64,000 bases of DNA from contig OZ024741.1 of NCBI GenBank assembly GCA_964016885.1, positions 296,670,001 through 296,734,000 of the forward strand, written 5' to 3'. Below, piece after piece: positions 56,779 through 64,000 of this stretch. Under the pieces are notes generated by a model. That model worked only from the letters and a program-made list of their open reading frames with translations, ran no database searches and was not told where the DNA came from. Source of the stretch: Eledone cirrhosa (Eukaryota). The translations under genes and the position numbers were made by a program. Numbering within the stretch: the stretch's first letter is position 1; each line of letters begins with the position of its first letter.

Positions 56779-57562
56779 TAAATCATGTCCTTAGAATTAT
56801 TAGATAAAATATATACCATTTCCTCTCCCAATTAGCATAATTAACCATATAAAAAATCAATTAGACCAAGCTATAAGAAGAAAGGCTCTTATGAAGAAAT
56901 CTCCGACAAATAACCGAAAGTGGCCTCTTCGCGGTGGCCCCAATAGAGTATTTATCCAACATTTCGACAGCATGCAGAAACTGACCAAATATACCATCAA
57001 CCATACACAATTAGGTGTAAATTCAAACTTAGAAGAAATGTGTACATACCGTAATTATCTCTACCATGGTTTCATCCGTATTTTTAGACATCCAATTAAT
57101 AGGAATGTCTTGAGTTAGGATTCATCAGGAGACAAACTCAAAATTAGACATTTAGTTTTCCAACGTGATCGCGCCAAAATTAGATTAAAAAATGGCTAAG
57201 AATCGCAATGTGGCTGTGGTCAAGCTAGAAAGAATGTGATTGGTTGCTTACGGCGGGTAGGCTTGTTGCTAGAAAGCGCAGCCAAATATCGCCAAATTGT
57301 ATCTCAACCTAACGGGAGATTATTAAATATAAAGGTTTACATATACATAAAGTTATAGATATATATGTTGCAACCGGCCACTTTTAAGCTCTATGAAGAA
57401 TTAATAAATTAAATAATCAGAGCAATATATCATAAATCATGTCCTTAGAATTATTAGATAAAATATATACCATTTCCTCTCCCAATTAGCATAATTAACC
57501 ATATAAAAAATCAATTAGACCAAGCTATAAGAAGAAAGGCTCTTATGAAGAAATCTCCGACA
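56770..57562 (-). mobile_element. ORF-less hammerhead-bearing element: 654-bp unit plus an approximately 135-bp direct terminal repeat
   Basis: 56776-56908 is repeated at 57430-57562 (offset 654). Hammerhead at 57055-57135. Both ends lie in (TA)n. Confidence 0.75.
57055..57135 (-). ncRNA. Type I hammerhead ribozyme, intact core
   Basis: TTGTCTC-CTGATGA-[ATCC..AGACATTCC/GGATGTCT..GGAT]-GAAA-CCATGG-TA-GAGATAA. Cleavage triplet GUA. Confidence 0.85.
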
Positions 57563-57676
57563 TATATATATACAAGAAGGTAGTACAGCATAATCGAAGC
57601 TCTGGTTGTGGGCAAGCTAAAGAATGCTGTCGGGAAGTGCAGCCAAAAGCACTCAATAAGGAATTTTACCTTAGAG

Positions 57677-57737
<61 letters not shown>

Positions 57738-57779
57738 ATGATATTAAATAAATGGAAACTATATTTATAAAACCATATT

Positions 57780-57841
57780 TATTCTATTATATATATTTCA
57801 AGAGTACCAAAAACTTTGGTACGCTTTCATCAAATAAAATA
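57780..57841 (-). ncRNA. Hammerhead ribozyme, C3U-mutated core
   Basis: TATTTTAT-TTGATGA-[AAGCGTACCAAA/TTTGGTACTCTT]-GAAA-TATATA-TA-ATAGAATA. Same family as 10671. Confidence 0.65.
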
Positions 57842-58013
57842 CAAAGTGTGTTTTATAAATTTTGACATAGCCAAGGAAACATACCTTATCATTGAATATT
57901 TACTCCAGAAAGCTGTCGAGTGCTCTGAATCAGTTATAAACATTTATATTTGTTGAATTTTCAACAAATTAAATATCCCTTCTACTTATATATATATTAA
58001 ATAGGTGAATACC

Positions 58014-58047
<34 letters not shown>

Positions 58048-58189
58048 AGATGAGTTTGAGTTATTTTTTCCTAAATCTTTCGTTAACTACTTTTCCCATC
58101 TTGACGTTATAGTCGCATATATGTTATAGAATGCCGTTAGCTTCTTGCTAAAACAATCTCTATACCTCTCATTTTTATATATATATATA

Positions 58190-59066
58190 TATATATAACT
58201 GAGGATGTCTGTCTGTGTGTGTGTGAGAGAACCACCCAACCGACTGTTTTCAAACTTTGCACATGTAATACTTATGTTTCATGGAGTGTTCTGAGCATTA
58301 GGCGATTTAGCGATCTCTCTCTATAATTCTTAGTCTTTCTCTTTTTAGATAGATACATACATATAACGTCGCGCCCTTATAATATCTGTCTGTATGTCTG
58401 GCTGTCTGTATTACGTCACTTCCCTGAGGATGTCTGTGTATGTGTGTATGTGTGTGTGTGTGTCTGTGAGTTTGAATCCCTAAAACTCGAGAAATACCCA
58501 ACCGACTTTTTTCAAACTTTACATGTGTATTACTTATGTTTCAGGGAGTGTTATGCACATAAAAAATTCAACTCTTTGATGCCCTAGGGCCAACATTAGG
58601 TGAAAAACTGCGTTGTTTCAGGTTTTTAGGGCTTTTTTGAGGCGTTACGTCAGACCGATTTCCTTGAAATTGTAACTATGTATTAGTCAGTCTCTTCTTC
58701 ATACCGTGAGCAAAGAAAATCCAACTTTTTTATGGCCTAGGGCCCGCATTAGGTGAAAAACTTCATTTTTTCAGCTTCTTAGGGCTTCTTTGAGGTGTTA
58801 CGTCTAGCCGATTTTCCCGAAATTTCAAGGCATATTATGCACATAAAAAAAAATCATTTTATTGATCCCCTATTGATTTCCGTCGCATTAGGTGAAAACC
58901 TGCATTTTTCCTGCTTCATCGAGCAAAATCTTAAAGATTATCCAGCCATCAGAGTATTCGGTTTATTTTCTTTACATATTGTCCTGGCGTGCTGTTTTTC
59001 CACGATTAGATCTGTTGGCGGCCCGCGTTCCAAAATATCTTATCCCGTGCAACGCCGGGTACCACT
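58190..59066 (+). mobile_element. Non-autonomous Helitron-like element(s) with internal subrepeats
   Basis: 5' gtctgtctg microsatellite, repeated cattaggtgaaaaac, 3' cccgtgcaacgccggg. Confidence 0.6.
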
Positions 59067-60989
59067 TATATATATAAAATATATGAATACCAATTGTAAA
59101 TATATATAAAGCTTGGCTTGGTTTTTATAGAGGATGGGAATACTTGCATTATCATATTTCATATATTTCACCTTTCACCACACGTTGTATGTATTGTTCG
59201 CGCTGTAATATAATGTGTTGGTTGATTGCTCTTTCCTTCCTTCTTTCTTTTTTGTACCCGCACCTTATATATGTGTGTCTGTGTGTGTGTGTGTGTGTGT
59301 GTGTTAGGTGCGTAACTACAGGTATAGTGACGAAGGATAATTGTTTCTACTTTTGGCACAAGGCCAGCAATTACACAGTACATTACTGGTACTTTATTTT
59401 AACGACTCCGTAAGGATGAAAGGCAAAGTTAACCTCGGCAGGATTTGAACTCAGATCGTAAAGAGACGTAACATAATGACCTAGAAACATGTTGATTGTT
59501 GTTCCTCAAAGCCAGTGTTGAACAAACAGGTAACGATCAGTCACCGACACGGCACAGCTTCGAATCGGGCCGTTTGTTTACAAACGAATCGAACATTATT
59601 ATTAATGTTCGATATAACTCATACGTACATATGTATATGTGTGTACGTGTGCATACTTACATATATATTGATAATGTTTCCCAGTAAAAAGCTCAATAAA
59701 CATCTGTTCAGAGCATCTATAAGTGTAAAGATAAGATAAATTAGAGCAAATATGTAGATTTAAATAAATATACACACACGCAAATGTATGTGTATGTGTG
59801 TGTGTGTGTGTGTGGAAGGCGAGAGAGAGAGAGGGGGTGTCCCCTTCCCATCAATGCATTAATGGTGACCTTTCTCTCTCTCACCCACTATACAATATTG
59901 TATCTGTTTAATGGTCGGTCGGTTGTCTGTGTCAACTGAGCGTCTCAATCTTTTTTGTGGCATTGTTTACTGTCTGACTTTTGTGTCTACTGGAGGGAGA
60001 AGTTTCAATAGCCTTACCTGTGTGTGGGAGGAGAGGAGGATGTATGTGTGTGTGTGTTAACTTTTATTAGTGGCATAACTACAGTTTGTGTCTACTCACT
60101 CTGACTTTCTTTCTTCATAATTGTTTCTACTTTTGGCACAAGGCCAGCAAATTAACCAGTGTATTACTGGTACTTTATTTTATCGACCCCGTAAGGATGA
60201 AAGACAAAGTTAACCTCGGCGGGATTTGAATTCAGAATGGCAAGGGCCGTAACTCTATGCGTCAAAGCATGGCGCCCGACACTCTACCGATACTGCCAAT
60301 CCACTTTCTTCATAATGTTTGTTTCTATATAATGCATATATTTTAAATGGAGGCGGGCAACATAGTGGTAAGGGCGGTGGACTTACGATCATAATATTGT
60401 GGGTCTGGTTCTGGGACCGTGTTGTATACTGTGTTATTGAGCAAAACACTTCATTTCACATGGCTTCAGTAAACTCTGCTGAAAATGAGTACTAGCAATA
60501 GCTGGGGGTTTAATTGTACGATGGGTTGGCGTACTGTCCAGGAGGATGCCTTGTACTCTCAGTCCCTTCATGCCTTGGAAACTGAGATAAACATCGGCCC
60601 GATGAACATCCTGGTTCGAGACAGACTTTAGACAACTGTAAACAGATCGAAAGTATTCAGTAAATAAAATTATTAACGAATGGATCTATAAAAGGAATGT
60701 ATTTATTTTTTTAATTGATTGATTTAAAAAGAAATTTAAAAACATGATCATAATCTATATTGTGGAAAATAAATCTATGCAAAATTTCATTATAAAAAAT
60801 GCCTTATTCAGAAAGTTATGAGAAAACAAATTCGGTAGGTGGAGCACTAAATTGTTCTGTCGTTTTTGTATATAATTTTATGTAAAAACAACTTGAGCGA
60901 TGACCACGTTTTGTGTCGGACCCTCATGAGATGAGATCGGTGTCTTTTGATGTATTTTCTTGAATGCCTACAAGTTGATACCGTGTTTA

Positions 60990-61300
60990 TCTTACTATTA
61001 TAAGACCGATTCCAAAAATAAACCCTAGCAGGATTTTTATGTTGCCCCACCACGAAAATAAGCCCTAGCGCATTTTTGCGAGAAAAATTAGTATAAGAAA
61101 TAATATAAAACGCAGGTTTCCAGAGTCTTGCTGAATACTAATATAATAAATTATCTTAATGATATTGTTTTTAACTTTATAATATAATTTGATATCAGCA
61201 CTTTTATCAAAACTCTTGTGCTGTTATTTTTTGTGTAAAAATATAAGCCCTACCCAGAAAATAAGCCCCAGCACTTTTTTTAGGGAAAAATAATATAAGA
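60990..61300 (+). mobile_element. Tc1/pogo-like MITE remnant
   Basis: Repeated aaaataagccctagc / ataagac subterminal motifs. Confidence 0.4.
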
Positions 61301-61302
61301 CT

Positions 61303-61600
61303 TACACCTATAGTAGCAACCTGGTGCGTTCGACTATCAGCCCAGGCTCTGCTGCCCGTCAGGCCGAAGAGGACAAACTGTCTAAGTATCGGCTTCTCTC
61401 TGATAGGTTTGCGGTAGAGCCTGTAGCAGTGGAGACTTCCGGTGTTCTTGGCCACAGGAGCACATCCCTCTCACTGCTATCGGAGCGGAGTTGGCCGCCT
61501 GCAAGTGCGAGCCCCGCTAGGTAGTTGACTGTTCCAGCGCATCTCCCTTGCCGTCCACCGGGGAAATGTATTCTCCGTTATGTCGGCCGGGATCATGAGG
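61303..61600 (+). mobile_element. Second CRE-type endonuclease fragment
   Basis: SNLVRSTISPGSAARQAEEDKLSKY..PVAVETSGVLG..LFQRISLAVHRGN, frameshifted. Confidence 0.6.
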
Positions 61601-61706
61601 TGGAGGGTAAGTTAGTTGGAGGTGGAGGATACTCGTTCGGACGTCACACATTTTCTCTTCTCATCCCATTTTCACCCACTCGATCTCACTTGATTTACTT
61701 ATTCAT

Positions 61707-61847
61707 ACCAGACATGTCTTATAATAGGGGAAACTCGGAAGGTGCAGGGGAAAACCAGACATGTCTTATAATAGGGGAAACTCGGAAGGTGCAGGGGAAA
61801 ACCAGACATGTCTTATAATAGGGGAAACTCGGAAGGTGCAGGGGAAA
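61707..61847. repeat. 47-bp perfect tandem triplication
   Basis: accagacatgtcttataataggggaaactcggaaggtgcaggggaaa at 61707, 61754 and 61801. Confidence 0.95.
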
Positions 61848-62099
61848 ATCATGAGCAGGAAAACTTCTATACGTTTGCTGGAATCCAATAAAAAAACTCA
61901 CGTTTTATTTTAAATACTTAAAAAAAAGGATAATTTATTAAAAACGGTAAAAACATAACTGTAAAGATATGAGGACAAATCCTGCTCAAATTACTTCGAT
62001 TCTGTTCTGTTACTCTCGGGTCCCAAATAATGGGTGGGGGATCGGTAATTTTTCTAGGTTATCTCCGTTGATTAAAAAGAACAAACAGAATTAGTTTAC

Positions 62100-62941
62100 A
62101 CTAGCAGAATGGCTCGGCGTTGCTCGGGATTCTAAACATAGATTGGCATGTTTATCCCTCCTTTCTGAAATAGTACAGAGAAGTACGGAATACCTCAGCC
62201 TGGGGATTGTGCTTATAAAAATAATTCGTCGTAGATTACCAGGGGTTTAACTTAATTGGGTACCTGAGAGTAAAATGTTCAACCCACGAAAACCAAGACG
62301 ATAGGGTTAAGTAAAAAGGCATTCGACAAACCGAACATGTATTTGTTGTGGTATGGTACAATGAAAGCAATAGTTACAGAGCAGTAAGCATGTGGGACTG
62401 CAGTGGTGGAGAGCATGAAGGAATTTAGTTGGACACTTTTAAGGTTACAGGCCCTAACGCAACCAAAATGCTAAACAATGCGGTCCCCGGGCAAAAATTT
62501 GAAATCTTTTTCAGTCAAGAAAATTTGTGAAACATAGGTAATGCATATGCAAAGTTTAAAAAAAATCGGTTGGGTCCTTCTCGAGTTACAGGCCCTAACG
62601 CAACCAAAATGCTTTTAAAAATCGGTTTTTCGCCTAATGCGGTCCCTGGGGCAAAAAATGAGAAAATCTTTTTTGCTCAAAATACTTTAAACGATATAAG
62701 TAATGCAAATTCTGAAGAAATCGCCTGGATTATTGTTCCGTTATACCCCCAAAAAAGCCTTTAAAGCCTAAAATATGCGGTTTTTCGCCTAATGCGGTCC
62801 CTAGGGCATTGAACATTTGAAATATTTTTTGCTCAAAACACTCACATGACCATAAGTATTACATGTGTAAAGTTTGGAAAAAATCGGTTGGGTTGTTAGT
62901 GGGACAGACAGACAGACATTTTCTGTTTTAGATATATAGAT
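62100..62941 (-). mobile_element. Non-autonomous Helitron-like element
   Basis: actagcagaatggctcggcgttgctcggg at the left end, gacagacagac..atatagat at the right end. Related to 58190-59066. Confidence 0.65.
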
Positions 62942-63619
62942 ATTGAGACCCCAACCCATCCTATTTATTTTATAACGTATGGGATTTCTTGTAATGTTCT
63001 TTTTTTATGTCATGTATAATTGTTTCTACTTTTGGCACAAGGCCAGCAAATTACCCAGTGCATTACTGGTACTTTATTTTATCGACCCCGTAAGGATGAA
63101 AGGCAAAGTCAACCTCGGCGGGATTTGAACTCAGATCGTAAAAGGGACGTAACTATGCTGGAAAGCATGGCGTCCGACCCTCTACCGATACTGCCAATCC
63201 AAATGTCTTTTAATATCCAAAGAAAGTTAATTGTCGCAGGAATGCTACCACTTAAAAAAATATTTCGCCAGAGATAGATTATCAAAATTTAGTAAGCGGG
63301 AGAGAGGAGGGGGGGGGGGGGGTAATTCGAGATCTCGGAGTACTTATACTTTCCAGTTCACCGAATGTACCTGGCTATAGGGTGGGGCTTTATTAATATT
63401 TTGTTTTGTCCTGTTCTTTCTTTGTTTACTTATAAAGGTTCTCATATTGTTTAATATAACTAGAGGTAATATATATACAGGTAAATTAAACTTGTCTTGA
63501 TTACACCTGTAATATATATTACAGCTGTATTTTTTTATTATTAAAGGTAGAAAACTTGTTTTATCGTGAATGGTTATCGAGCTGAGTGGCTTCATTGTTC
63601 CCACCACTATCACCACTAC

Positions 63620-64000
63620 TATCTACCTACCCACATGTCTACCCACCTACCTACAAACCTACCCACATGTCTACCCACCTACCTACCTATCTACCTACAT
63701 ACCTACCTTCTACCCACATACCAACCTACTCACCTACATACCTATCTAACCACCTATCTACCCACCTACGTATCTACCCACCTACATATTTACTTACCTA
63801 CCTACCTATTTACCTACATGCCTACCTACCTACCAACCTACCTGCACACCCACCTATCTACCTACCTACCTATTTACCTACATGTCTACCTACCTACCTA
63901 CCAACCTACCTGCACACCCACCTACCTACCAACCTACCTGCACACCCACCTATCAACCTACCTACCTATTTACCTACATGTCTACCTACCTACCTAACTT
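63620..64000. repeat. Degenerate (ACCT)n microsatellite
   Basis: Direct reading. Confidence 0.9.

Overview
Eukaryotic, AT-rich, very repeat-dense DNA. The tRNA-derived SINEs, RTE LINEs and huge (TA)n tracts are typical of octopod cephalopods (inference). It is not prokaryotic and has no CRISPR array. Most long ORFs in the track are microsatellite or minisatellite artefacts. Supported content: (1) a minus-strand spliced gene with no family I recognise (about 37500-50453; six coding exons, all introns phase 1; 193 aa), including a duplicated two-exon module whose introns hold 25-bp and 48-bp minisatellites; (2) decayed retroelements (Penelope-like RT plus GIY-YIG, CR1-group LINE, RTE LINEs with a PHD-type finger, CRE-like endonuclease fragments), SINEs, non-autonomous Helitrons, a Tc1/pogo MITE and a 76-bp satellite; (3) about ten type-I hammerhead ribozyme motifs, six with intact cores. 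Most lie in short ORF-less elements inserted in (TA)n, and several have direct or inverted terminal duplications. They look like a diverse set of non-autonomous Penelope/retrozyme-like RNAs. All coordinates were read by eye and no alignment, folding or database search was run.
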